A DNA stretch of 64,000 nucleotides from Saccostrea cucullata (Eukaryota), in contig NW_026933217.1 of the NCBI RefSeq assembly GCF_032062105.1, forward strand, positions 434,001 to 498,000. Direction: 5' to 3'. Shown here piece by piece: positions 37,872-51,997 of this stretch. Made by a program: the position numbers and the translations under genes. Positions within the stretch are counted from its first letter, which is position 1. Every line of letters starts with the position of its first letter. The notes below the pieces were generated by a model that saw only the letters and a program-made list of their open reading frames with translations, searched no databases and was not told the origin of the DNA.

Positions 37872-39792
37872 TTCTATATGTTTAAATACTGTAAAATCAA
37901 ATATTTTCAAGGGGTCAAATTTTAGTGGTTTGAGGAATATCTCTTGGTTTGTGGGGACTTGATTTCTTGGATCAAGAATTAATGATTGCTTATGTATGTA
38001 ACATTTTACATTTCTTGGTGGACATGAATTTGTGGGTCTCATTATACCTTGAAAACAACGAAAATTAAACTCTCCTGAAAATTTGTGATTTCACAAGATT
38101 TTATACAATAATGTTTTAAAAATTTTTTCAAATGGACTGATTTTAGTGACAAGTGATTGACAAGCTTCAATCAAGTTTACTGATCCCTTCCATTGATAAA
38201 ATTAATAAAATAACTAACCGTGTTCTTAACACAAATGATTCCTAAATTTGTATCCTGTAAAGTGGACTTTTTCCATTCTACAAGCAGCTCTCCCTCGTGC
38301 CTTCCTAACAAGCTCTCCATAGACTAGTCTGTAAACTTCATATTTCTGATGTTGAAACCTGTGCTAGACTTTTCATCATGTGCAAGAGTCCACCTCTTCA
38401 CCTGAAATTACATTTTTAATGTGATTATTTTTATAAAATTTTCAAATTTGATTATTCATAACCAGAAGTTTATGATGCCACTATATTTCTATATTTACAG
38501 TAAAACGCAGTTAGAACAAACATGGATATTGAAATTTCATGGATACAGATTTATCTTGGATCCCCAGCTATATCAATTTCACCAATTTCTTTTACAGATA
38601 TATAGAATTAGGGATACAGCGAAGTGATTTCATAGGTCTCTGGCAGTGACTTCATTATAATTGAGTTTTACTGTATTTGTAATAAAAATAAAGGAAGACA
38701 TGCAGTCACTGAGTCTACAAGCACCTGGACTTGCAAAAAAATAGTTTTACATTAAGAGAATTATGCTTTTGATGTGTTTAATTTAACCCATTGCAAGTTT
38801 TAACATCAAATCAACTGTAAACATAGCAATTAGTTAGATATTTTTACATAAAAACTAATTTTTGTTGGGATTTAATTTGTGGTGTTTTCAAGGTATGGAG
38901 ATCCCACAAAATCATGATCACTACAACATGCAATTTAAAATTGTGCATATGTATTACTACTAAACTTTTCTCCAACCACAAAATCAAATCCCCACAAACC
39001 AATATTTCTTTCTCAAACCTAAAAAAAATTGACCCCATGAAAATTTGCAACTTTACAGTCATTCATCCATTAATTATCTAAGTTCATTGCTCAGGGAGAA
39101 TTTTAAAAATGTTTGTTGTTTTAATGTCCCTCTCCAGAATTATTTATTCACTTGAAGACCATCACTTGTTGATGCATGCCAGGATCTACAACATGATACA
39201 GCGACGCATGAGGACCTCAATTTACACACTCATTAAGGACCAGTTTCCACGTCCCACAGTGGATTTGAACCTGCTACCTAATTATCGTCTCCTTATTCCA
39301 TGACCTAGACCAGACACACTAAGCACTGCACCATGTGGGCGACTATAAAATTGGAATACACGACTGCTTACCATGATACGTTTACGGTACATGTATACAA
39401 TATTACTCAAAATTATTAATCAGATTTGGAATTACTTATTTTGCTTTTAGGTGTTCAAATGCAGCACACTAACCTCTCCAACTGTTGCTGTCATCAGGGA
39501 TCTCCCTGTAACCTTAATCTTAGATCTGGAACACTGGTTGTATCTACTCCATCAAGAGCCATTCTCTGGCAAGGCATCGCCTCTCCTGCAAAATTTGAAA
39601 TTACTATTATTTCATATCAATATTCGCCATCTCTCTTAGGATTTTATATGTAAGAAATAAAAATCTGCATTCATGTGTCATAAAATACTAGTAAAATGAG
39701 TGGTTCAAAATATTATAGAGTGATATTATATTCTTTATTTTTACTTTCATGATAAAATCATCAAAATTAATGTAATTGGAAATGAAATGGTT

Positions 39793-40400
39793 CAAACAAA
39801 AGGTCCAATGGACCACAATGCTCATCTGAGTAAATATGGGCCTGCTGTTATTCACTAGACAAGAGCTACCCAAGTGAAATATCTATCATGGTCCCATCCT
39901 ACCATCCAGGGGTTCATAATTTTTAAAAACATATTAGAATCTATACTACTTCAGAAAGCTTCCACATAGTTCTCAGTTTTTCCGTCCAAATGGTTACACA
40001 GAAAAAGATTTTTCCAATGTATTTCAACATTTCTATTATGGCCCCACCCTTAACCATGATATGAACAATTAAGCATGTTCACTACAAGATGTTATGACCA
40101 ATTAAGTTTAAGCTTTCATCAAATTCTGGCCCATGGTTTTCAGAAAAATATTCTTAATAGCCTTATTCTATTTTTGTCTAGTCTGAATTAACTCCCTTTG
40201 TAAGGGGGCGCTGTCCTCTGTTTTGAATATATAAACTGCCCCTCATGATCATCCAAGGATGTTGTGTACTAATTTTTGTTAAAATGTCCTAGAGGTTTTT
40301 AAAAAGAAGTTGAAAATGTGAAAAGTTTACAGACTGATGTACAACAGACATCATGTGATCAGAAAAGCTCATTTCAACTTTCAGCTCAGGTGATTGGAGC
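39793..40400 (-). mobile_element. Degenerate CvA-like non-autonomous Helentron
   Basis: AAACAAAAGGTCCAATGGACC...GCTCATCTGAG at one end and GAAAAGCTCA...AGCTCAGGTGA at the other, resembling the reverse complement of the ends of the 32995-36230 element. Confidence 0.6.
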
Positions 40401-43400
40401 TGATCGCAACAAAGACAATATATATAACTCATTTTTCAGAACTGAATTCAAATGTGTGACCAAAGGCATATATTTTTTTTAAAGTAATCAATTTCATAAT
40501 TTATGTATATTAATTGAGTCAATACCCTTCCTGCTTCTGAAAAAAAAAAATTGATGGGAAGATAATCTGAAGTCTTAAAGAGCATGAAGAGGAGATAGGT
40601 GTCCAAATGTACAAGCATGTCTGAAATTTTATGTACGTAACTTGGTGTCCACAGTGACTGTTTTTAAATCAATAAGCTATTCTTTTCTGGTTAATCCTTT
40701 TTGAAGTATATAAACTTGTAAATGTTTGCATGTTTTATTGAATGACTTATTTATGCCTTATTCCATTATAATCAGAAAATATATCCAAGATTACCAATGG
40801 ACACCGTTACTTACATAAGCACTAGACAAGTAACATATTACTAGAATTTAACAAGTTGTTAAAATATAAAAATAATGTAATCAATAAGGTATGATGAAGT
40901 CATGTTTAATGCTATATTAAATGGAATTTATTTAAAAAGTCACAATTTTTATTTTTAGTTTCAAAAAAGGAGAAATTATGTAAGTTACATGGACACCAAA
41001 CTCCGAATCAGGCTTTAAAAAAGAACAAAAAAATAACAAGACAATCGAACAATTGTCTAAAACTTTTAATATTTCATTTCAAAGCTTACTAATAGACTAA
41101 CTTTTTAATGCAGACAAGTAAATTGTCAGATGGATTGCTAAATATCCTAGGTCTTCTATATTGAGTCTTGTGGATATTTGTGTCATTGTTAGGAACATAA
41201 TTCAGTCATTTTTTGAAAATCTTGTTTGGAAAAAAAAATATATAAAACAAAATACATCGTAAGGTAATCAAAACATTATATTTATTATTATATCCTTAAT
41301 AAAACCAGAAACAAGGCAATTAAAGCACAAATTATGTCACTACATCAAGTAATATAGAATAAAATATAGTACAAGTAATAGTTATTGTATATTTATTATG
41401 GTGTATCCTATTATTTAAGATATCGCGATAAACTTTCTTGTATCATGGCCAATCAAACAGCCACAGATTTTCAGCATGATTTTTAATTAAAAATAGACAA
41501 TGTAGTTTTTGTCATGAATGGAAATCTCTCCTTTCAAGTATTTTTAATAAACATTTGATGTGCGTGTGTTTATGAGAAAGGACGTCTGATTGCAGCATCC
41601 CAGCACATCCCCCCCTGGATATAAGAGTGTGGTGCAAAGGGTTTTTTCCCTTGTCAACTGTTTTTGGAGGCCCCCTTTCTTTTAAATGTAGCTACGGACT
41701 TAAAGTGATATTCTGTGCATGAGTGCAACGACCTGTATCAAAAATTGCTTATTCGTCCCTGGATTGTTAATTAAATTCATAAGAAAACCTTTGGATATCA
41801 AAGAAGAAAAATTCGAAGTTGGAAAAGGTAAATTCAAGTGTTATTCGAAAATAAAGAAAAAAGATACCCGTTGATATGACATATTTGAGAGCTGTCGTAT
41901 TCACGAAAACGCTGTGTCAGGGTCAATTACTCTTCATCTGTGGATGCAGTACAGCGTAATCCCTATATTACAATACGTGGGATATTTTTATATATTTCTG
42001 TGTGGAGTTCATGTCAAGAATTTGATTTCGCGTTGCTGTGGATTGAATATTTGAAGAGCTCCGTGAAATCATTTCGTAGTTTGGGATATATACGTACTGT
42101 AATTTATGTGAAAGACTTATTTCGCTTGCAGAATTTTTGCATTTGTATATTACAAAGCCCATTCATTCTGTAATTTAGATTCAATATACATGTAATTTAA
42201 AATGATGAAATCGCCTTGGTGTTCAATAATTTATTTACACGGCACAGTTTTTGCTGGCTCCACCCATATACACGGCACATTTTTTTTTCTTGATACGCCC
42301 ATCGGTGTATCTCCAGTTATTGTACACTTGACTTCAAAGGAAAAACACCGCAGCCATGATACAATGTAACTTTATCATTAATCAGAAACTAAAATATGTC
42401 GCTTATGACCATACAAAATGCACAAATCTTTCCGAGTCGAGTACTTTCAGTCTAGCATTTGACGTATGATTCGCGTGTTTTGTTACGAACATAAGTGTTT
42501 TACATTATTTGTATAATTTATTAATGATAAAGTTACATTGTACTATATTTTATTCTATATTAAATATTTTAGTTTCTGATTAATAGCTACATATGGTATA
42601 AAGATACAATGACTGTATTTATGTGTAAAAGATTCACTCAAATTGATACAATATGAATATACTTGCATATATTTCAGCTTGTCTGTAAATACATGCCGTT
42701 ATCAAAGCTCTCGTTGAAATAATATTGTATGAAGCTAATTTTGATGGTGTTATTATATGTATGTGGTTGATTTGAATAATGGTATATTTAATGGATTACT
42801 TATAAGGACAAGATGGAATGAGAGAATATTTAAAAAGAGATATCGGAAGAGTGGCACAGTCCCAGGTTTGCTCCCTTGAAGGAATCGATCTGCGACGGAA
42901 GAAAACCGGGAAAAGGCACCGGAATGGGGACCTTAAATTCCAACCAATCAACAGGTAAAAATAAAATATGTCATAGGACGGGACACCACTAAATTCAATT
43001 AACATTGGGCCATTATGTAAACAAGACGTTCAGTTGAAGAATCGCTGAAGGAAAATATATTTATTGGTTGAGCACTATAAATTCATACTAAAATAAATCA
43101 AAATATTTAAGACTCAACCAGTGAGCGAACATTCTATATTAAGTAATGATCGCCAAATGCTAAGCAAACCTAAGATTTCACTAAAAAATAAAAATTAAAG
43201 TACTGAGACAGTGCAGGGTCAAAATCAACTTCCTGCTAAATTTTATTTTCTGACACCCAAGTTTTTTTCATTTTATTTGAATTAAAGAAATTAATTAATT
43301 AATACTTTTTAGGAAGTAAACAATGCAATGCTATAGAAGAATTGTTTGTTTGCCATATCACTTTCTTCAGTTTGATTCAGAATATTTGTATTTTGATCAG

Positions 43401-43726
43401 ATCAATTTATGCACTCTTTCATTTAGCAAAGATTTGATTCATGTGTTCTAGGCAATTCTTCTGTTTTGAAGCCTGGACCAACAGTAAACTATAGTGGTAA
43501 GTAACAGTACACCGTCTAATCAAAGTACGGAAATCACTCATGGGAGTTGAACGTGGTGTTAAATAAAATCTTTGATCGGGAGGTTAAGTGAGTGAACAAT
43601 ATTATTATTTCAAAGGCAGACAACTGTTTCAGATTTTTTGAGTTGCAAAAATCTTGAGAAAGACATTCAGAGAGATTGAATAACAAAAAAATGCAGGGGC
43701 TTTATTGTTGCCTGCCTACATTAGTC

Positions 43727-44080
43727 CTTTTTTATACCCCTGCTGGAAAAGCAGGAGGGTATTTATTAATCTTGATTTCCATCTATCTTTTTGTAACGCT
43801 TTACGTATACCCATCTCTTATCCGCAACTCCTCTTACACCACTGAACGAATTTTTCATAGAATCTTTATTACATATTGCCGTTGTGCACCTTCTATTACT
43901 TTTCCATCCTACACAATATTCATATTCAAGGCGGTTGATCATTTATATAATTCACTGCTCACAGTCTTTAAATTTGTAAGATATTTTTCCTTGGCACCTT
44001 TACCCATGTGTTATGAAAATTCCAGTTTCGCAGGAATAATATCAATGTTGATAAAATGTGTATTTTAACACAGCATCCTT
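43727..44080 (+). mobile_element. Degenerate HINE/Helentron-like fragment
   Basis: TTTTTATACCCCTGCT...AGCAGGAGGGTAT 5' hairpin and a TCCGCAACTCCTC core. Confidence 0.45.
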
Positions 44081-47000
44081 TTAAGAGCTAACAGGTTTGT
44101 TATATAAAACTTCTCTGTGAATATAAATGTATTTCAATTACACGAACATTATACATGGAGTACGTCAGAACTTAATCTTTTTTTTTAATATTTTGAAGAG
44201 AAAAGCAATACCAAGTTTAAAACAAATATTTAATGACCAAACATAAAAACAGTGGTATATGTGAGAGTTTGTGTGCGTACAAGTTATCTGGTATGTAAAT
44301 GAGGTTTTCCTTTTATTAAAAGTAAACTTCATTTTGTTGTTTTTACGAAATGATTTTACGAAAACATCAGTGTCCGTTTTTTGGTTTTAACATTTATAAC
44401 AGAGTACTAGATTTACCGCTTTTGGCAGGTGATACTGCTGATTTAGTAATAGATACGCATGTTTCCTTAAGTTCTTATGCCTTAATGAATTCATTTAAAC
44501 CAAGAAAATGTTCGTGAAAAGTTTGAATAAATTATGTGCACCGGTAAAAAAGAAATTGCTAAAAATCCGGGACCGTCGGGGGTCGGGACGACTAGATCTA
44601 CCGCTTGCCGTTAGTACATGTATGTACAGTTGTCGATCGTATCTTTTTCAGTGTATGACGCCACACAAAAAGTGAGTTTCATTACGAAAAACTTTTGAGG
44701 TTCTTTAGAATTTAGTTTTATTTTGAACGAAATCTAATATTCAAAATAAGATTACAGTATCATTACTACATTTACTTACATTTCAAATTATGAAAATTAG
44801 ATCAATTCTGGAGAAAATGACATGAACTATTTGTTGCGGATGTTTATGCATGTTTTCTGTTGAATATCATCGGAGTAAATCAGCGGACACAGTAGCCTCG
44901 CTTTCGGCTCTATATAATCAACACAAATTACTACGCATGTTAAATACGTGATGACCATGGGAGATTGAACATAGTTCAAATCTCAAAAATCACACCAATA
45001 AAATTGGAAAGATGCCTATATACCCCCCTTTTTTCATACATTTAAACCTCAGCTACTAAAATACATGCAAGCTGAACTTGCTGGGGCCGCTAGGTCATTT
45101 AGGTAAATATAATTTAATTTTTATGGTGACTTCTGCAAATTTAGTTCAGCTGTAGATATATACAGAATTGGTGGGTCTGACATGTATATGGTTTGGGTTG
45201 AAAATAGATCACTAATGCAGGAATTCTGAGATTAACAGATACATGTAGCATGCATTGAATTTTGAGGGGGTTTATTTGAGGAGACCATGCTCATTCATGG
45301 AAATGTGTATGAATTTAAGTGCGGTCTAGATAATGCCATGTTTAGTGGACCTATCTCTGAAGCAAATTAATAAAATAGTACAGGGATTCATTTATGGGAT
45401 TAAATAATACAGGTCCGATAATCTTTGTTTTAGGTGAAAATTTGCTTTTGGCTTCTGAGACAATTTCCAAATCATAAACCATATGTTAAGTCAGTAAGTA
45501 CAGTTAAAGAGTGTTGATATTAAACTGTAAAAGTGCATTTTAATTACTACCAATATACCCTGGGGACTGAAGTAAGGATTTAGATTTAAGAATTTATACT
45601 GTGTTGACAAGTGCTTACCCACTCGATGTCCCATTTAGCCTTCAATTTTTGAAAATTTTTCAACATTAATGATATTACAGAGGATTATAATAAATAAATG
45701 AGATTTTGGTATTGTTGGGCCGTACTTTTTCAATTTTATCTTGCGGGTAGGAGGGGATCATGCGTATACTGACATTATTCCAGCATGTCATGATGTGTGC
45801 AATGAACTTCGAGTTTCTCTCAGCATTAAGATCAAATACACTGTACGTACAAGGACAAATTTAGTATTCCTAGACCTGGAAAAGTGACACAGTGCTTCAA
45901 ATTCTAAGGATAGCTAGGGACAAGATAAAGAAACCTAGGGGTCTGCTTGGTAAACTAATTAAAAGGTAAACGGTTAAGATGAGAGAATGGAATCATTTAT
46001 AGTAAGACGCAGCTCAAGACATTTTCTTTCCAAAGACTATCAAGTTTAGTAAGATCAGGTCATCATTAGGCATAAAACATTTCAAGAGTTAGCTCCCATA
46101 TTGTTGTCAGTTACAATCGCGGGGGTGGGTGGGGGTGGGGGGGTCTAATTCATACAGATAACATTGCATTAGTAAGCATTCTGTACACTAATGTTTACTC
46201 ATGAAATTACTCATGAATTATTTTTGAATAGGAAACTAGTTTTGATGCATGTGCATTATATCATCATATTAAAAGCAAAACATACAGGTGTACGCCTTGA
46301 ATTCATCATCCGCATTTCACAGGGCATGTCCAGGGGACAGTTTCGACTATTAATCCAATTCTTAGTTCTTACAACACTGCAGTATACCTACAATGTAGGG
46401 CTTAAGAATTCTACAAATAATTATTACATACCCACAAATATCACGCAAGGACATAATAAGTGCAATTAAGATAAATAATTTGAAAATTTGACTTAACTAA
46501 TACTTGTAGGTACATTGTCCCAAAGTATTGGAGGGTTTCAGAGATCTCAATTCTAAGGTTAATACTAAGTTGATAATTCAAAATTATACCAAGTTGTTGA
46601 TAAAAAAAGAGGGGGTATGGGAGCAGTGCAAGAAAAATTATGACAGCATTAATATACAATTAACAATTAGAGAGAAAAAATGGCTAAGTGTATATAGGGG
46701 CAACAGCTCTCAGGACATTTTCATTTTGGTTATTAGTTATGTTAACCTACAAATAAGTCAATTGTTTTTAAGGTGCTCTAAAACTTTTCATTTGGGGAAG
46801 GGGGTTATAAGTTCTGATAAATAACCATGGTTCAGTTATTTACCTAATGCAGGCAATGGCTAAATATTGAAAGTAAGGCCAAAGACCATTCTTTTGTCAT
46901 TTTGGGGGAATATCAATTTTCAGCAGTTAAAGGTAAAGTCATTGTAGATATGTGTCTAGCGAGCCAGTATTATTTTTCATTCTTCCAGAATAGAGGCTGC

Positions 47001-50000
47001 ATTTATCATAAGTTATCACATTCAATTGTATTAGCTTGCATGCACTTGATAATAAATATTACAGGGTTCCCCAAACCAGGTAAATTTAAAGTATGAATTT
47101 CTGGCTCTGCTCATCAATTATATAAACAGGGAAAGTCATCAATAGCAGTGAGTGTTGGACCAGGGTGGAGCACTGGGCTAAAACAAGGAGGGATATAGAT
47201 TCTGTTGGCAAGGGTACGGTTGGGTCAATGATGTGGGTCAAATTAAGCACATTAATTATGGTATAGAAATAAGTGGGATATCTAGTTACTCAATAGTATC
47301 TTCATCAATACTACTTTACTAGTATTTGGTTTTTCTCCTACCCTGTATTCCATTGAGATACTCAAGAAATGTTAGAACAAGGAAGCAGGCAAGGAATAAG
47401 CTAAACGTATGGGAAACAAAACGGGTACTTCAAATGGGAAGGGGATGAATAACATGCGTCCCCAATTTATATTGATCATTACAATATTATATCACTCAGA
47501 TAAAACACAGTGGCTTGTCAGAGTTTGGAAATTAAATTTCCATCATCAACATTCAGGGGTTCTTGGGGGTGTTTTGTCAGATGGGATGAAAGCGAAACAT
47601 TTCCTTGTAAATAATAACAAAGCATATATAGTCCATAGAATTGCGTATTCCTTTTGGCAGAGGCACAGTGGTCAGCTTGAAGGTTCCTACCCCCACCATG
47701 TGGCGGTGGGCAACCTGAATGTATGTCTGCAAATGCACACATTCACCAGGTGCCCATGTAGCAATATCGTCACCTTCCAGTTGGTTGTGAAATATGATGT
47801 TGACTGTTGTTACGTTGATGCTGACTGTTGTTACGTTGATATTGATTTGATAATATTTTCATAATATAAATAAATAATTTAAATAATTTAAAGTAAAAAG
47901 AATGTTGATGTTGATGCGTCGGTAGCATGATTGTGAAACCCAACCCAGCATGCTACTTGCCGTTTCGTACGACACATAAAATGTTGTTGTAGGGGGTGAG
48001 CCCTGTTCTCTGGCGGCCCCAAAGTTGTTGTTGATTGTTGAAATACATTTTTCTGACCACTGTGGCCAAAATCTGCCATACAATAAACAATAAACTTTTA
48101 ATGTGTTTTTAATTCTGAAAAGATTCATAAGCAATGTTGCAAATACAAGCATAGGCTTATGTAAGCCCATGCATATTATGGATGTCTGGGTAGGATATTC
48201 CATAAGGCATTACTGTCTTTGATAATGACACATTACACAATATTCCGAAAACGGTCGTAAGTTCGGGGTTTCCATATGAAGACTTTTTCCAGATAATTTG
48301 TAAATACTAATAAAATATTTTAATTTTTTTTTACGAATACTGTTTAGTGGGACATTAACATTGACAAAAATATTACTATTATGATTATCCAAAGAAAATG
48401 GAAATGTAAAGTAAAATTCAAACAATTATACTTATTATAGCTTGGCTTGTGCTGCAAAATTAATCACAAAAGACTTCAACTTGACAAATATAAAGGGATA
48501 ATAGACACTATTGTCATGAAGAGTTTTCTCTCTTGTTCGAATATCCATTGACCTTAAGCATTATGAATTAAGTTTACTTTGTGTAAGTGCGAGATACATG
48601 TCCATGAAACGTTGTTGTTTTGATAATTTCCAGATAAAAGAGGTTTTTTAAAAACATTATTTTAGTATAATTCAGTGTGAAATACTTTAGCAACCTATGA
48701 ATCATGATATTTTAAAGATAATTTTAGAAAATCAGATCTACAAATCTGTGCCCTAGCTCTTAAGTAGTAACCTTGTACAGTTGTAATTATTCACCACAAG
48801 CCCTCCATTATCTACAGTATTTGTTGGAGTATAGTCATGTGAATAAATGAACAAATAAATTTGTTAGAATATTTCTTTCGGACTATCCGCAACATAGGAT
48901 TTTGGAGTTTGATCATTACTTTTTTCCCTACATGTATACCTAAAATTGTAAACCACCACTCCCCTTCCCTAGAGGAATAAAAAAAACCTGTAACAGCTGA
49001 GAAAAAAAATTACACTCCACTGTTTATTCTGTGACATTGATGAAGCCAAAGAGATGACATTTAAGGCTTTCTGGAAAGCCAAACTTGTTATGAAACATAT
49101 TTTTCTTTGAAGTGCAAAATAATAATAATAATAAAAGAGCGATGTGTGACATACTTTATTGATATTCAATAAACTCTATTTTCTACAAATTGTCAAGTTA
49201 ATATCCTTTATTTCTTTTTTATTATCAATTTATTGAGATCATTTTTATTACATTGCAGGTGTTTTCGATCCAATTGAAATACTTATGTATAAAAGTAAAC
49301 AAAAATGTTCGCACTGGACGTTGGATCCTGACTATACTGAAGGTAATATCATAGATTTTGTAATCATTTTGTTCTTTTGTTCTTTGTTTGATAGATATGC
49401 TTTATTTATAACTATTGAAAAAGAGTGCTCGTCGTCGTCTCTATTCAACCCTTATCCCCCCATTTTGAAAGTAACACTTTTTTATACTGCATTTCAAGTA
49501 ATTAGACTCGATAAATTTTAAAAATACTTTGAAAAAATATTTTCTGCATATTCCCGATAAAAACGATGTAGGTATTTTATCTCAGGTTCCTTAGCTTTTT
49601 TACATATAAAATTTGAAATAACAATGCTTCAATTCTTTTTACAGGAAATCAAACTTATATTGGCAGTTTACTGTCCAAAGTTAAAATTCTTTTTAATCGC
49701 ATTTCATATTGTAAGATTTTAGATTTGTTTAAAAAAATCTAATATAACACGTTTTTATAAAGCACTAGTCCCTTATTAATATAAAATTATCATCCCATTC
49801 CAAATGAAAGTATTACCAACTATGCAAAAACTGTTTTTCATTGTCAACCAATTTCACATATAACAAGAGAACATTGATGTAACCATCAATTGTCGCCCGG
49901 GTCAATTGTCGCCAGGGAAATAAATAATGAAAGAGTTGGAAATATTCATTTAATGTATTTCACTCAAAGAATACAAAACACGAACTGAGTCGAGTACGTT

Positions 50001-50299
50001 TTTATGCAAAAAGTAAAATTCGATGTTCTAAAAAAGGGACCTGTCGTTTTGTCGATAGCAAATGATAAGCAACTTTATATATTATGTATAAAGCATATAC
50101 TATTGTTTACAAATTTACTTTATCGAAATAAATATATTATTTATCTCATAATTCATAAAGGGAAAGGACATTCTGATTATCATTCTTTTTAATGTTTAGA
50201 AAATATTCAAATCTGAATAAATTCTCCCACCTCAATCCCCATATATAAACATTTACACTTTTATTATATAATAAATTATATAATAAATTTTGTACATAC

Positions 50300-51090
50300 T
50301 AGACAGTGCAACCTTTTTTCAAAGACATCAATAGATAAATGTGACACATCTTGTGACGTATCATCTGCATAAATATTGACATAAGAGTGCTTTAGACATT
50401 TTGGATAATTATTTACAAATAAAAAGTAAAGGCCCCAATATAGATCCCTGTGGCACTCCTATTGTAACATCTTTTTCATCAGATAAGACACTTTTCCATT
50501 TAACACATTGTGATCTTCCACTAAAATAAGACTGAAACCAATCAAAAGATCTGTGACATATGCCATATGTCAAAAGTTTGTGCAACAATACTGCATGATT
50601 TACAATGTCAAAGGCTTTACTAAGATCATTAAAAAGAACACCAGTTAAATTGCCATTGTCTATATTGTTTACCCATTTATCAATAATGTTATGCAAGGCC
50701 GTTTCACATGAATGCTTTGGCCTGAAACCAGAATGATGTTCAGTTTAAAGATTATTATTATTCAAATACCCATAAAAAGATTTAAAAACTTGCCTTTCTA
50801 TGAATTTGTTAAAAAATTGTTTAACTGACACTAGTTGATAATTGTTAAGAATAAAATTTTCACCCGATTTAAAAGGGGAGTAACTCTAGCTTTCTTCCAT
50901 TCAGATGGAACGTGACCATTTCTTTTAGACTTATTCGTCATAAAAGTTCAAATTTTGGCAATAACATCTCAGCTAATTTTTAACAATTTTACAGAAATAG
51001 CATCCAATCCTGTAGCCTTAGAATTTGACATTGCTTTTATTTCTTTTATGACAAAATCTATGGCAATGTTTGAAATACCAAAAAGACCCC
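50300..51090 (-). pseudogene. Decayed CR1/L2-clade LINE reverse-transcriptase fragment
   Basis: Minus-strand motifs KATGLD, WKKARVTPLFKSG, GFRPKHSCETAL, DLSKAFDIVNH, GVPQGSILGPLLF and, after a frameshift, IYADDT; frameshifts and stops throughout. Confidence 0.9.
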
Positions 51091-51109
51091 CTTGGCATTA
51101 ACTGTTCAA

Positions 51110-51352
51110 TTTCTGGTAAGGAATTATCAAATTTCTAAAATAAAAATAAAATTAAATTTTCCGTCCTTCAACATCACTTCCGGTCAAACCGGAAGAAGCA
51201 GACAAAGGCTTAATTTTGCAATAATTAACATAGATTCGGAGGATTTAAACCATTTTTGGACGTCAACAACCATTTTTTGAAAAATGAAAGTCACTTTCTG
51301 ACAAACAGGACGGAAGACCTACTTGTTGCTTTGCAACGAACTTTGCTCTAGT
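51110..51352 (+). mobile_element. 3' end of a Helitron/Helentron-like element
   Basis: Hairpin TTGTTGCTTTGCAACGA followed by terminal CTAGT. Confidence 0.4.
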
Positions 51353-51997
51353 GTTTTTTATCTTTGTGAAAATATATGTATTAAACAAATGTTTTTATTA
51401 AACAAACTAAAGGTTGGAATATTTGTTTAATTGTATAGACTTGAACTAACATGACGAACAATGATTGAAGCAAAAAAAGTTATTTAATTTTAAATACATT
51501 CTTTCGAAAATATGATGCCTGATACAGATTTCAATACATGTATTATACTTTATTTAGATTTTTTTTTAATTCAACCTCCTTGTAAATATATTTTACTTGT
51601 GATGAATATTTGTCAAGTCTGTATTTCAAGCCCCTCAAAAATTTGGGCAATAAAATTATTGTGCGTTCGTCTGCCCAGGAAAAACATAGCCTTTGTCAGG
51701 AAGTCGATTAGTGAACGGGGTATTTGAGGTAGGCTTGTATGAATTTTCTTATATTGTAGTAGACGATCTCAGCATATGATAAATAACAAAGACGGAAGTA
51801 TCCATAAAGCAGTATGCAGAAAATGATGATTGCTTTTTAAATTATTTTCACTTAATTGATATCCTAAACCTCTATGATAGAAGTATATAACAATTCAGGT
51901 AAGGTTGCAGAAAGCGGTGAATAGTATATTGTTTGAAGAATTTCTCATTTAAATATGTATTTATTAATTTTGAAAATTATATGAAAAATTCCAGAAT

